Of a DNA stretch of 64,000 nucleotides, positions 16,492 to 25,206 are shown in pieces. Position 1 is the first letter of the stretch. The number at the start of each line of letters is the position of its first letter. This stretch comes from Kribbella sp. (GTDB taxonomy: Bacteria; Actinomycetota; Actinomycetes; Propionibacteriales; Kribbellaceae). Both the position numbers and the translations under genes were made by a program. Location of the stretch: positions 41,776 to 105,775 of the forward strand of contig DASXXB010000096.1 in assembly GCA_036503355.1 (NCBI GenBank), in the 5' to 3' direction. The notes beneath the pieces are model-generated. The model saw only the letters and a program-made list of their open reading frames with translations. It ran no database searches and was not told the DNA's origin.

Positions 16492-17304
16492 ATGAATCTG
16501 CGTGAGCGGTTCGAGTGGGAAGGGCGGTCGATTGCTTGGGGGCGGGCTGGGAGTGGGCCGCCGGTGGTGTTCTGTCATGGGACGCCGTTCTCGTCGCGGG
16601 TGTGGTCGCGGTACGCCGACGCGCTGACTGCGGACTTCACCGTGCACCTGTGGGACATGCCCGGGTACGGCGAGTCGTCGAAGCATCCGGAGCACGCCGT
16701 GGACTTCGGAGCGCAGGCGCGGGCCTTCGCCGCGCTGCTGGAGCACTGGGAGCTGGAGCGGCCGCGGGTCGTCGCGCATGACTTCGGTGGTGCGGTGTCC
16801 CTGCGGGCCGCCTTGGTCGAGAAGGCGGCGTACGCCTCACTGATGCTCGTCGACGTGGTGGCGATCCCGCCGAGCGGGTCGCCGTTCTTCCAGTTCGTGA
16901 AGCGGCATCCGGCGACGTTGGGCGAGCTGCCGGCGTACATTCATCAGGCGATCCTGCGGGAGTACGTGAGCGCGGCGAGTCACCGCGGGCTGCGCGACGG
17001 GGAGTTGGACGAGCTGGTCGCTCCCTGGTGCACGGACGAGGGACAGCCGGCGTTCTACCGGCAGATCGCGCAGTACGACGAGAAGTTCCTGGTCGAGAAC
17101 GAGCAACTCGTGGACCAGCTCGCGATCCCGGTGCAGGTGGTGTGGGGTCGCGACGACGCGTGGATCCCGGCCGCGACGGGGCGGCGGCTGGCCGGGCTGA
17201 TCCCGGGTGCGTCGTACGTCGAGGTGCCGGAGGCCGGCCACCTGATGCAGTACGACGCCCCGGTAGCGCTGGCGACCGTACTGCGGGAGTGGCTGTCACG
17301 GTGA
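16492..17304 (+). CDS. Alpha/beta hydrolase
   Basis: HGTP, DMPGYG, AHDFGG, WGRDD, AGHL. Confidence 0.88.
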   Translation: MNLRERFEWEGRSIAWGRAGSGPPVVFCHGTPFSSRVWSRYADALTADFTVHLWDMPGYGESSKHPEHAVDFGAQARAFAALLEHWELERPRVVAHDFGGAVSLRAALVEKAAYASLMLVDVVAIPPSGSPFFQFVKRHPATLGELPAYIHQAILREYVSAASHRGLRDGELDELVAPWCTDEGQPAFYRQIAQYDEKFLVENEQLVDQLAIPVQVVWGRDDAWIPAATGRRLAGLIPGASYVEVPEAGHLMQYDAPVALATVLREWLSR

Positions 17305-17353
17305 CCCGAACCAACCGATGTATTTCTGTTGGTGGTCCGCACTCTCTTCTGAG

Positions 17354-18547
17354 GTGACGAGGACTGCGGTGGTGGTGGGCGGGGGGATCGTCGGGCTGGC
17401 TGTGGCGCGGAGTCTGCAGCGGCGCGATCCCGGTACGCAGGTTGTCGTGCTGGAGAAGGAGCCGGCGGTCGCGGCTCACCAGACGGGGCACAACTCGGGC
17501 GTGGTGCACTCCGGGCTGTACTACCGGCCGGGCTCATTGAAGGCGCGGTTCGCGGTGGCGGGCGGTACGGCGCTGCGCGAGTACTGCGACGAGAAGGGCA
17601 TCCCGCTCGACGTACCGGGGAAGCTGGTCGTGGCGACGACCGAGTCCGAGCTGCCGCAGCTCGACCGCCTGTACGGGATCGGCCGGGAGAACGGCGTACC
17701 GGTCCGGCACCTGAGCCTGGCGGAAGTGGCCGAGCGTGAACCGCACCTCAGGGTGAAGGGCGCGCTGGCGGTCGACTCGACCGGCCGCGTCGACTTCAAG
17801 CTCGTCGCCGCCGCGCTGGCCGACGACGTCCGCGCCGCGGGCGGCGAGATCCGCACCGGCGTGACCGTGACCGCGGTCGAGAACGGGAAGACCGTCAGGG
17901 TACGGATGACGGACGACGTTCTCGAAGCCGACCGGGTCGCGGTGTGCGCGGGCCTGCACAGCGATCGGCTCGCGCGGGCGTCCGGTCTCGAGCCCGGTGT
18001 CCGGATCCTCCCGTTCCGTGGCGAGTTCAGCGAGCTCGTGCCCGGGAGCGAGCACTTGGTGAAGGGGCTCGTGTATCCGGTGCCCGATCCCGACCTCCCG
18101 TTCCTCGGCGTGCACCTGACCCGGGGGATCGACGGCAGCGTGCACGTCGGCCCGAACGCAGTCCCGGCGCTGTCCCGCGAGGGGTACTCGTGGGGGAAGA
18201 TCGTCCCGCGGGACGTCTGGGAAGCGGCGACGTACCGGGGCACCTGGCGGCTCGCTCGGCGGTACGCGCGGACCGGCGCGAAGGAGATCGCACGGTCGTT
18301 GACCGGTCGGGCGCTGGTCAAGGAGGCGCGGCGGATGCTGCCGGAGTTGCAGGTGTCCGACGTACGTCGTTCCGGTGCCGGCGTCCGGGCTCAGGCGGTG
18401 ACGCGGGACGGGAAGCTCGTCGACGACTTCCTGTTCCTTCGCGACGGCCGGGCACTGCACGTCCTCAACGCACCGTCACCCGCCGCGACCGCCTGCCTCG
18501 TGATCGGCGAGCGCATCGCCGACGAACTCACCGCGGACCGAGCCTGA
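17354..18547 (+). CDS. lhgO: L-2-hydroxyglutarate oxidase
   Basis: GGGIVG, HQTGHNSGVVHSGLYY.PGSLKA, PFLGVHLT, GPNA, GVRAQ, NAPSPAAT; GTG start. Confidence 0.92.
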   Translation: MTRTAVVVGGGIVGLAVARSLQRRDPGTQVVVLEKEPAVAAHQTGHNSGVVHSGLYYRPGSLKARFAVAGGTALREYCDEKGIPLDVPGKLVVATTESELPQLDRLYGIGRENGVPVRHLSLAEVAEREPHLRVKGALAVDSTGRVDFKLVAAALADDVRAAGGEIRTGVTVTAVENGKTVRVRMTDDVLEADRVAVCAGLHSDRLARASGLEPGVRILPFRGEFSELVPGSEHLVKGLVYPVPDPDLPFLGVHLTRGIDGSVHVGPNAVPALSREGYSWGKIVPRDVWEAATYRGTWRLARRYARTGAKEIARSLTGRALVKEARRMLPELQVSDVRRSGAGVRAQAVTRDGKLVDDFLFLRDGRALHVLNAPSPAATACLVIGERIADELTADRA

Positions 18548-18607
18548 CGACCGGCCTGACGAACTGGGCCTGACGAACCGCGCCTGACGAACCGGGCCTG
18601 ACGAAAC
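18542..18607 (+). repeat. 14-bp tandem repeat (GCCTGACGAACCGG)x~5 beginning at the lhgO stop codon
   Basis: Units start at 18542, 18554, 18568, 18582 and 18596. Confidence 0.9.
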
Positions 18608-18657
18608 TTCATGCCTGTGCAACAGCCGGGCAATCTTCGCGGGCGACGCTATGAGGC

Positions 18658-19467
18658 ATGGACTCGTTGCGTACGACGCTCACCGGCGGTACGGCGTGTG
18701 AAGTCTGCGGACGGTTGCCGCACCCACGGCGCCTCCGGCTGACGCTGGCGAAACTTGTGGCAGTGGCGCCCGTGGAGCTCGGACTGCATGCGGTGGTGCT
18801 GGCCGCGCACCCGCCGTACCTGATCTCGGTCGCCGTGCTGGCGAGTGTGACGACGGCCTTGGTGATCTGGGTGGTGGAGCCATCGACGATGCGGTTGCTG
18901 CGGTCGTGGCTGCATGCTCCGAAGGTGCGTCCGCGAGCGGGGATCGGGACGTTGTGGCGGATCCGCGTCACCCTCGACGACCGCGCCGGATCGCTGGAGA
19001 GCGTGACCCGGCGGCTCGCCGTGCTCGAGGCGAACATCCTCGGTCTGCACGTACATCCGATCGACGACGGTGTGCGGGACGAGCTGGTGGTCTCGACACC
19101 TGACGGCGTCACCGCGGCGGACCTGGAGGCAGCTGTCGAGGCGAGCGGCGGGCGGGATGCGCACGTCTGGCCGACGACCGCGCTCGCCCTGGTCGACGGG
19201 CAGACGAAGGCGCTGAGCTTGTCGGCGCGAGTGGTCGCGGACCCGGCCGAGCTGCCGCATGCGGTCGCTGAGCTGCTCGGCGCACAGTTGGTCACCGACC
19301 GCGCGGCGCTGGCCGGTCAGCTCCCCGGTGACGTCCTGAAGGTGCCGTCGCCGTGGACCGGGCTGTTCGTGTTCAGCCGCCCAGGCGAGCCCTTCACCCC
19401 CGCCGAGTCGGCGCGGGCACACCGCCTGGCCGAGCTGGCCGAGGCGGCGCAGACCATCAGCTGCTAG
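18658..19467 (+). CDS. Membrane-anchored ACT-domain protein (CxxC + 2 TM + ACT)
   Basis: CEVC, two hydrophobic helices, WRIRVTLDDRAGSL...NILGLHV ACT signature, C-terminal PFTPAESARA. Confidence 0.7.
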   Translation: MDSLRTTLTGGTACEVCGRLPHPRRLRLTLAKLVAVAPVELGLHAVVLAAHPPYLISVAVLASVTTALVIWVVEPSTMRLLRSWLHAPKVRPRAGIGTLWRIRVTLDDRAGSLESVTRRLAVLEANILGLHVHPIDDGVRDELVVSTPDGVTAADLEAAVEASGGRDAHVWPTTALALVDGQTKALSLSARVVADPAELPHAVAELLGAQLVTDRAALAGQLPGDVLKVPSPWTGLFVFSRPGEPFTPAESARAHRLAELAEAAQTISC

Positions 19468-20657
19468 GGGCACGCCTTCAGAACCGCGACCGACTGCCGT
19501 GCGATCTCCCACTCCTCGTTCGTGGGGATGACGAGGACCTTCACCGGGCTGTCGTCGGTGGAGACGACGTTGTCGCTCGGGTCGGCGTTGCGGGCCGGGT
19601 CCAGGCGGATGCCCAGGGACTCGAGACCTTCGAGGGCGGCGGCGCGGGCTTCGGGGGAGTGCTGGCCGACGCCGGCGGTGAAGACGATCGCGTCGACCGT
19701 TCCGAGGACGGCGTAGTACGCGCCGACGTACTTCTTGAGCCGGTAGCAGTAGATGTCGAACGCGAGCCGAGCCCGCTCGTCGCCGGCCGCCCGGCGCCGC
19801 AGGACCTCGCGGAAGTCGTTCACGCCGGTCAGACCCTTGAGCCCGGACTCCTTGTTCAGCGCCCCGTCGGTCTCCTCCGCGGTCCGCCCGGCGACCCGCG
19901 CGAGCAGTCCGTGGATCGCCGGATCGAGGTCTCCGGAGCGGGTACCCATCACGAGACCCTCGAGCGGCGTCAGCCCCATCGACGTGTCGACGGACTCTCC
20001 ACCGCGTACGGCGGCCGCGGAGCATCCGTTGCCGAGGTGCAGGACGATCACGTTCACGTCGGCGGGCTCGCGGCCGAGGATGCGCGCCGCCTGCTCCGAC
20101 ACGAACGCGTGCGACGTCCCGTGGAACCCGTACCGGCGGATGCCGTACTCGTCGAGCCAGGACGACGGAACGGCGTACCTGTAGGCGTACGGCGGCAGCG
20201 TCTGGTGGAACGCGGTGTCGAAGACCGCGACATGCGGCAGGTCCGGGAACAGCCGGCGCGCCACCTCGATCCCCTCGAGGTTCGCGGGGTTGTGCAGCGG
20301 AGCGAGCGGCACGAGCTCCGCGACCGCCGCGATCAGCTCGTCGTCCACCAGCGCCGGCGCCGCGAACCGGTCGCCGCCGTGGACGACGCGGTGCCCGACC
20401 GCGGCGATGTCCACCGAGTCGAGCGCCGGACCGTGCTTCTCGAAGGCCTGTACCGCAGCCTCCAATGCGGCCTCGTGATCCGCGACCGGCCGGTCGTGGT
20501 CGACCGAGCCCGACGGTCCGTGATGCACGTGGTGGCTCTGCTCCTCGCCGATCCGCTCCACCAGCCCGGTCGCCGCGGCATCGCCCGACGCGGCGTCGAC
20601 CAGGCTGTACTTCAGCGAGGACGATCCCGCGTTGATCACCAGCACATGTTCAGTCAT
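19464..20657 (-). CDS. ackA: Acetate kinase
   Basis: INAGSSSLKY, GHRVVHGG, APLHNP, RYGFHGTSH, TSMGLTPLEGL, VFTAGVG, IPTNEE. Confidence 0.97.
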   Translation of the reverse strand: MTEHVLVINAGSSSLKYSLVDAASGDAAATGLVERIGEEQSHHVHHGPSGSVDHDRPVADHEAALEAAVQAFEKHGPALDSVDIAAVGHRVVHGGDRFAAPALVDDELIAAVAELVPLAPLHNPANLEGIEVARRLFPDLPHVAVFDTAFHQTLPPYAYRYAVPSSWLDEYGIRRYGFHGTSHAFVSEQAARILGREPADVNVIVLHLGNGCSAAAVRGGESVDTSMGLTPLEGLVMGTRSGDLDPAIHGLLARVAGRTAEETDGALNKESGLKGLTGVNDFREVLRRRAAGDERARLAFDIYCYRLKKYVGAYYAVLGTVDAIVFTAGVGQHSPEARAAALEGLESLGIRLDPARNADPSDNVVSTDDSPVKVLVIPTNEEWEIARQSVAVLKACP

Positions 20658-22836
20658 CGGGCGTCACACCTTGCTGTGCCTGGATCGCGGTGATCGCGAC
20701 CGTGTTGATGATGTCGCGGACCGTGGCGCCGCGGGACAGGTCGTTGACCGGTTTCCGCAGGCCCTGCAGAACCGGTCCGACCGCGACCGCGTTGGCCGAG
20801 CGCTGGACCGCCTTGTAGGTGTTGTTGCCGGTGTTCAGGTCCGGGAACACGAACACGGTGGCCTTCCCGGCGACGGGGGAGTCCGGCAGCTTCGTCCGCG
20901 CCACCGCGCTGTCGATCGCGGCGTCGTACTGGATCGGGCCCTCGACCGGCAGCTGTGGTGCACGCTCCCGGACGATGGTCGTTGCCTTGGACACCTTCTC
21001 GACGTCGGTGCCGGTGCCGGACGTGCCTGTGGAGTAGGACAGCATCGCGACCCGCGGTTCGACCCCGAACGCGGCCGCGGTCGTCGCCGACGAGATCGCG
21101 ATGTCCGCGAGCTGCTCGGCGTTCGGGTCCGGGTTCACCGCGCAGTCGCCGTACACCAGGACCTGGTTCTGCAGGCACATGAAGAACACCGACGACACGA
21201 CCGAGACGTCCGGCACGGTCTTCACCACCTCGAGGGCCGGGCGGATGGTGTGTGCGGTGGTGTGTACGGCGCCCGACACCATCCCGTCGGCGAGGCCGAG
21301 CTGGACCATCATCGTGCCGAAGTACGACACGTCGCGGACCACCTCACGCGCCCGGTCGAGGTCGACGCCACGGTGCTGCCGCAGCCGGTGGTACTCCGCG
21401 GCGAACCGCTCGGTCAGCTCGCTCTGCTCGGGATGGACGACGGTGGCCGCGCTCACGTCGACGCCGAGCGACGCGGCCTTCGCGCTGATCGTGGTCGGGT
21501 CGCCGAGCAGCGTCAGGTCCGCGACACCGCGGCGCAGCAGTACGTCGGCCGCGCGCAGGATCCGCTCCTCGTCGCCCTCCGGCAGCACGATGTGGCGGCG
21601 GTCCGAGACGGCCTGGTCGACGAGTTGGTGCTCGAACATCAGCGGCGTGACCGCGCTGGTGCGGGCGAGCGCGAGCTGGTCGAGGAGCGCCGGACCGTCG
21701 ACGTACTGATCGAAGAGTGCCAGCGCGGTGTCGATCTTGCGCGGGGCGTCCTTCGTGAGGCGGCCGCGGACGGCGGTGAGCCGGGCGGAGGTCGCCTGCG
21801 TCCCGAGACCGGTCTCGATGAGCGGCAACGTGACGCCGAGCCCCTCGATCAGGCGCTGCACCTGGGCCGGGAGCTGGAAGCCGCCGTTCAGGACGATTGC
21901 CGCGATCTGCGGGAACGTGCGGGACGCGTGCGCCATCACCACGCCGAGCACGACCTCCGGGCGGTCCCCGGCGGTCACCACGACCGCGCCCTCGAACAGG
22001 CGGTCGAGCACGTTCGGCATCGTCATCCCGGCGATCATCAGCCCGCTGATTTCGCGGGTCAGCAACTGCGGGTCGCCGCTGAGCAGCCGGCCCTCGATCG
22101 GTGCGAGCAGGTCCGCGACCAGCGGCTGGTTCAGGATCGGCTCCTCGGGAATCGCGAACGCCGGCGCCCCGATCCCGTCCAGCGCCGCAACCAGCCCGGC
22201 GACCAGCTCCGCGCCCGTTCCCTTCCCGTCACCGTCACCGTCACCGTCACCGTCACCGTCACCGGAAACCGGGCTGGTGACGGGGCTGGTGACCGGGCTA
22301 GCGACTGGGTCGGCGACGCGGTTGGCGATGACTGCGAACAACGAGCCGTGGTTCGCGGCCAGCTCCGCGACGGCCATGTCGGCGATCGCGCGTACGTCGT
22401 GCGGGGTGCGGCCGAACCCGTTGACGACCAGCAGCACCGGCGCGCCGAGGTTGGCGGCGATCTTGGCGTTGAACGAGAACTCGGTCGGGGTGCCGACATC
22501 GGTGTAGTCGCTCCCGACGATCAGCACCGCGTCGGCCTGCTCGGCGACGGCGTGGTACCGCTGCACGATCGTGTCCAGCGCGGCGTCGGGATCGGCGTGC
22601 ACGGCGTCGTACGTGACACCGACACCGTCGTCGTACGACTGCTCGACCGCGTCCTGCGAGATCAGCAGGTCGAGGACGTAGTCGCGCCCGCCGTGCGTCG
22701 CCGTGTCGGCCCGGACGATCGGCCGGAACACCGCCACCCGACCGACCCGCCGCGCCAGCTGATGCAGCACCCCGAGAGCCACCGTCGACTTCCCGGTAGT
22801 CCCCTCCACCGAAGCCACGTAGACACTGCTACCCAT
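20650..22836 (-). CDS. pta: Phosphate acetyltransferase (long form, BioD-like/DRTGG + PTA domains)
   Basis: TGKST, GDR, IVLPEG, GDCAVNP, GPIQYDAA, FPDLNTGNNTYK, PVNDLSRG. Confidence 0.96.
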   Translation of the reverse strand: MGSSVYVASVEGTTGKSTVALGVLHQLARRVGRVAVFRPIVRADTATHGGRDYVLDLLISQDAVEQSYDDGVGVTYDAVHADPDAALDTIVQRYHAVAEQADAVLIVGSDYTDVGTPTEFSFNAKIAANLGAPVLLVVNGFGRTPHDVRAIADMAVAELAANHGSLFAVIANRVADPVASPVTSPVTSPVSGDGDGDGDGDGDGKGTGAELVAGLVAALDGIGAPAFAIPEEPILNQPLVADLLAPIEGRLLSGDPQLLTREISGLMIAGMTMPNVLDRLFEGAVVVTAGDRPEVVLGVVMAHASRTFPQIAAIVLNGGFQLPAQVQRLIEGLGVTLPLIETGLGTQATSARLTAVRGRLTKDAPRKIDTALALFDQYVDGPALLDQLALARTSAVTPLMFEHQLVDQAVSDRRHIVLPEGDEERILRAADVLLRRGVADLTLLGDPTTISAKAASLGVDVSAATVVHPEQSELTERFAAEYHRLRQHRGVDLDRAREVVRDVSYFGTMMVQLGLADGMVSGAVHTTAHTIRPALEVVKTVPDVSVVSSVFFMCLQNQVLVYGDCAVNPDPNAEQLADIAISSATTAAAFGVEPRVAMLSYSTGTSGTGTDVEKVSKATTIVRERAPQLPVEGPIQYDAAIDSAVARTKLPDSPVAGKATVFVFPDLNTGNNTYKAVQRSANAVAVGPVLQGLRKPVNDLSRGATVRDIINTVAITAIQAQQGVTPDD
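22226..22316 (-). repeat. In-frame repeats in pta: (CCGTCA)x6 encoding (GD)n, plus a 12-bp x4 degenerate repeat encoding V[AT][SD]P
   Basis: ccgtca x6 at 22226-22261; ccgggctggtga-like x4 at 22269-22316. Confidence 0.9.
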
Positions 22837-22845
22837 ACCCGAACC

Positions 22846-23469
22846 CTACGGAGTCGCAGGGTGGGTCAGAACGTGCAGGTGGTCGATCATGGTGTCGACG
22901 GCGATCCGGAGCGGCGCGGGGTCCCGGTTCACCTGGCTCAGGAGCAGGCCGCCCTGGACTGCGGCCAGCATCGCGACGGCGAGGTCGGCGGGGTTCGCGT
23001 CCGCGGCCAGCTCGCCGCGGTCCTGCATCTCGGTAAGGCCCTCGCGGATCAGCTCCTGCCAGCGCGAGAACGCCCCGGCGAGCTGCATCCGGGCCACCGG
23101 GTCGCTGTCGGACAGGTCGCTGGCGAGTGAGCCGAGCGGGCAGCCGCCGACGCAGTGCATCTCGGTCAGGATGTTGACCATCACGTCCCGCCAACGGCCG
23201 AGCGAATCGATCGTGTCGAGCCGCTCCAGGCAGCCCTGCTGGACGTCGAGGGCCTGCGTCGTCTGGTGGTCGATGACGGCTGTGACCAGGGCGTCCTTGC
23301 CCGGGAAGTAGTGGTACAGCTGGGACGGGCTCACGCCGGCCGCCGCCTGAATGTCCTCGATCGTCGTCCGGGCGACGCCCTGCTCGAGCATCAGCCGCGC
23401 TGCGGCGGCGACGATCCGGTCGTGGGTCGCCTGCCCCTTCGGAGTCAATCGCCGTGCCGTCTCGGTCAT
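22846..23469 (-). CDS. TetR/AcrR family regulator
   Basis: MTETARRLTPKG..., AGVSPSQLYHYFPGK HTH, GGCPLGSL. Confidence 0.92.
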   Translation of the reverse strand: MTETARRLTPKGQATHDRIVAAAARLMLEQGVARTTIEDIQAAAGVSPSQLYHYFPGKDALVTAVIDHQTTQALDVQQGCLERLDTIDSLGRWRDVMVNILTEMHCVGGCPLGSLASDLSDSDPVARMQLAGAFSRWQELIREGLTEMQDRGELAADANPADLAVAMLAAVQGGLLLSQVNRDPAPLRIAVDTMIDHLHVLTHPATP

Positions 23470-23488
23470 GGTCACCAGCGTACGGATT

Positions 23489-23540
23489 TTGGAGTTGATA
23501 CTCCAATTTCCCTCCCGAACTATTGGAGCAAATACTCCAA
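23489..23540. promoter_or_regulatory. Twin TetR operators TTGGAG-N6-CTCCAA
   Basis: TTGGAGTTGATACTCCAA (23489-23506) and TTGGAGCAAATACTCCAA (23523-23540). Confidence 0.8.
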
Positions 23541-23559
23541 CCAGTGATGGGACCAACCT

Positions 23560-24309
23560 ATGACGCAGGACTTCGCCGGCCGGACCGCACTCGTGACCGG
23601 CGGCAACAGCGGGATCGGCCGGTCCGTTGCCGGTCAGCTCGCGGCGCGCGGCGCGCACGTGGTGATCAGCGGGCGTGACGTGACCCGCGGGCAGGCCGCA
23701 GTGGACGAGATCCGGGCCGACGGCGGTACGGCGGACTTCGTGCAGGCGGATCTGGCCGAGCTGGACAGCGTGCGGTCGCTGGCCAAGCAGGCGCTCGAGC
23801 TCGGCGGTGGCCACGTCGACGTACTGGTGAACAACGCGGGCATCTACCCGTTCGGCCCGACCGCCGACGTACCGGACAGCGACTTCGAGGCGGTGTACGC
23901 CGTCAACGTCCGGGCGCCGTTCTACCTGGTCGCCGAGCTGGCACCGTTGATGGCGGCCCGTGGATCGGGCGCGATCGTCAACGTCACGACGGTCGTCGCG
24001 TCCGTCGGGATGGCCGGGATGGCGGCGTACGGCTCGAGCAAGGCAGCGGTGGACCTGCTGACCAGGTCGTGGGCGGCGGAGTTCGGCGCGGCCGGGGTGC
24101 GGGTGAACGCGGTCAGCCCGGGCCCGACCCGGACCGAGGGCACGGCAGTCATGGGCGAGAACCTCGACATCCTGGCAGGCACGACCCCACTGAACCGCGT
24201 CGGCACCCCGGACGAAGTTGCCGCCGGCATCGTGTTCCTCGCCTCCGACGCCGCGTCCCTGATCCACGGCGCCACCCTCCCGATCGACGGCGGCCGCCTC
24301 GCGGTCTGA
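23560..24309 (+). CDS. SDR oxidoreductase
   Basis: TGGNSGIG, NNAG, YGSSK, VNAVSPG. Confidence 0.93.
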   Translation: MTQDFAGRTALVTGGNSGIGRSVAGQLAARGAHVVISGRDVTRGQAAVDEIRADGGTADFVQADLAELDSVRSLAKQALELGGGHVDVLVNNAGIYPFGPTADVPDSDFEAVYAVNVRAPFYLVAELAPLMAARGSGAIVNVTTVVASVGMAGMAAYGSSKAAVDLLTRSWAAEFGAAGVRVNAVSPGPTRTEGTAVMGENLDILAGTTPLNRVGTPDEVAAGIVFLASDAASLIHGATLPIDGGRLAV

Positions 24310-24385
24310 GCGTCACGATCGTTCCGCCGGAAGTTACGCCGTACGGGTGTCCGCACAAGCTGACCACGATCCAGAGGAGGACATC

Positions 24386-24766
24386 ATGCCGAGTGCGAAC
24401 CTGGCCACCACCGCGGTGGCGGTCGACATCCCGGAGCTGACCGGCAGGTACGCCGCGGTCGGCGAACACACCGTGGCGTTCGAGACCTATCCACGCGACG
24501 TGGACCCGGCGCCGTTCTTCGCCGGCCTGCCCGACGATCGGTGCCAGTGCCCGCATTGGGGCTTCGTCACGGCCGGCGAGATCACGTTCCGGTGGGCCGA
24601 CCACAGCGAGACGTTCCGGACCGGTGACGCGTACTACGCCGGTCCGGGACATCTCCCGCTGGTGACGGCAGGCACGAGCATCGTCGAGTTCAGCCCGACC
24701 GTCGAACTCGAGAAGACGATGGCCGTCGTCGGGACCAACCTGGAGCGCGCAGGAGCAGGCGCATGA
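24386..24766 (+). CDS. Small cupin-domain protein
   Basis: GLPDDRCQCPHWG...GDAYYAGPGHLP...EFSP; GAGGAGG RBS. Confidence 0.75.
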   Translation: MPSANLATTAVAVDIPELTGRYAAVGEHTVAFETYPRDVDPAPFFAGLPDDRCQCPHWGFVTAGEITFRWADHSETFRTGDAYYAGPGHLPLVTAGTSIVEFSPTVELEKTMAVVGTNLERAGAGA

Positions 24767-25182
24767 CCAGCGTCGCGGTCCGGGCCGAGGTCGACGCCTC
24801 GGTGGCGCGGCTGGTCGAGTGGCTCGAGACGGGGACCGCCCCAGCCGGGTTGCTCGCGGCCGGGTGCTTCACGGACCTCAGCCTGCCGCACTGGCGCAGG
24901 CAGCTCGGCTCCGGCGCGGCGACGATCGCCGCGCGGCGGGAGCTGCATCCGTATCCGGGAGCGGTACGCGTCGAGCGGGTGGACCGGACAGCTACCGGTT
25001 TCGTGATGGCGTTCGAGGAACGCTGGCCGGACGCGGGGCAGAACTGGTACTGCCGCGAGCAGCTCGCGGCCGACGTCGACGGCGCGGGGGAAATCACCGA
25101 ACTGCGGATCTACTGCACCGGCGACTGGGACGAGGCCCGTCAGGCGCAGCACGCGGCGGAGGTGCAACTCCTTCGACCATGA
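24763..25182 (+). CDS. NTF2/SnoaL-like hypothetical protein
   Basis: ATGA coupling to the cupin gene; DLSLPHWR, YCRE, ITELRIYCTGDWD. Confidence 0.6.
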   Translation: MTSVAVRAEVDASVARLVEWLETGTAPAGLLAAGCFTDLSLPHWRRQLGSGAATIAARRELHPYPGAVRVERVDRTATGFVMAFEERWPDAGQNWYCREQLAADVDGAGEITELRIYCTGDWDEARQAQHAAEVQLLRP

Positions 25183-25206
25183 GCAACTACCCGGGTTCGC
25201 AGTACC

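Noticed and set aside
18542..18607. Possible CRISPR array
   Set aside because: Units are 14 bp and contiguous with no unique spacers; no cas genes in the window.
20632..23130. Long antisense ORFs (also 1-1569, 12508-14973, 28123-30591, 33217-35439, 42834-45071, 45311-47650)
   Set aside because: They mirror well-supported genes on the opposite strand and carry no motifs; stop codons are scarce at high GC3.
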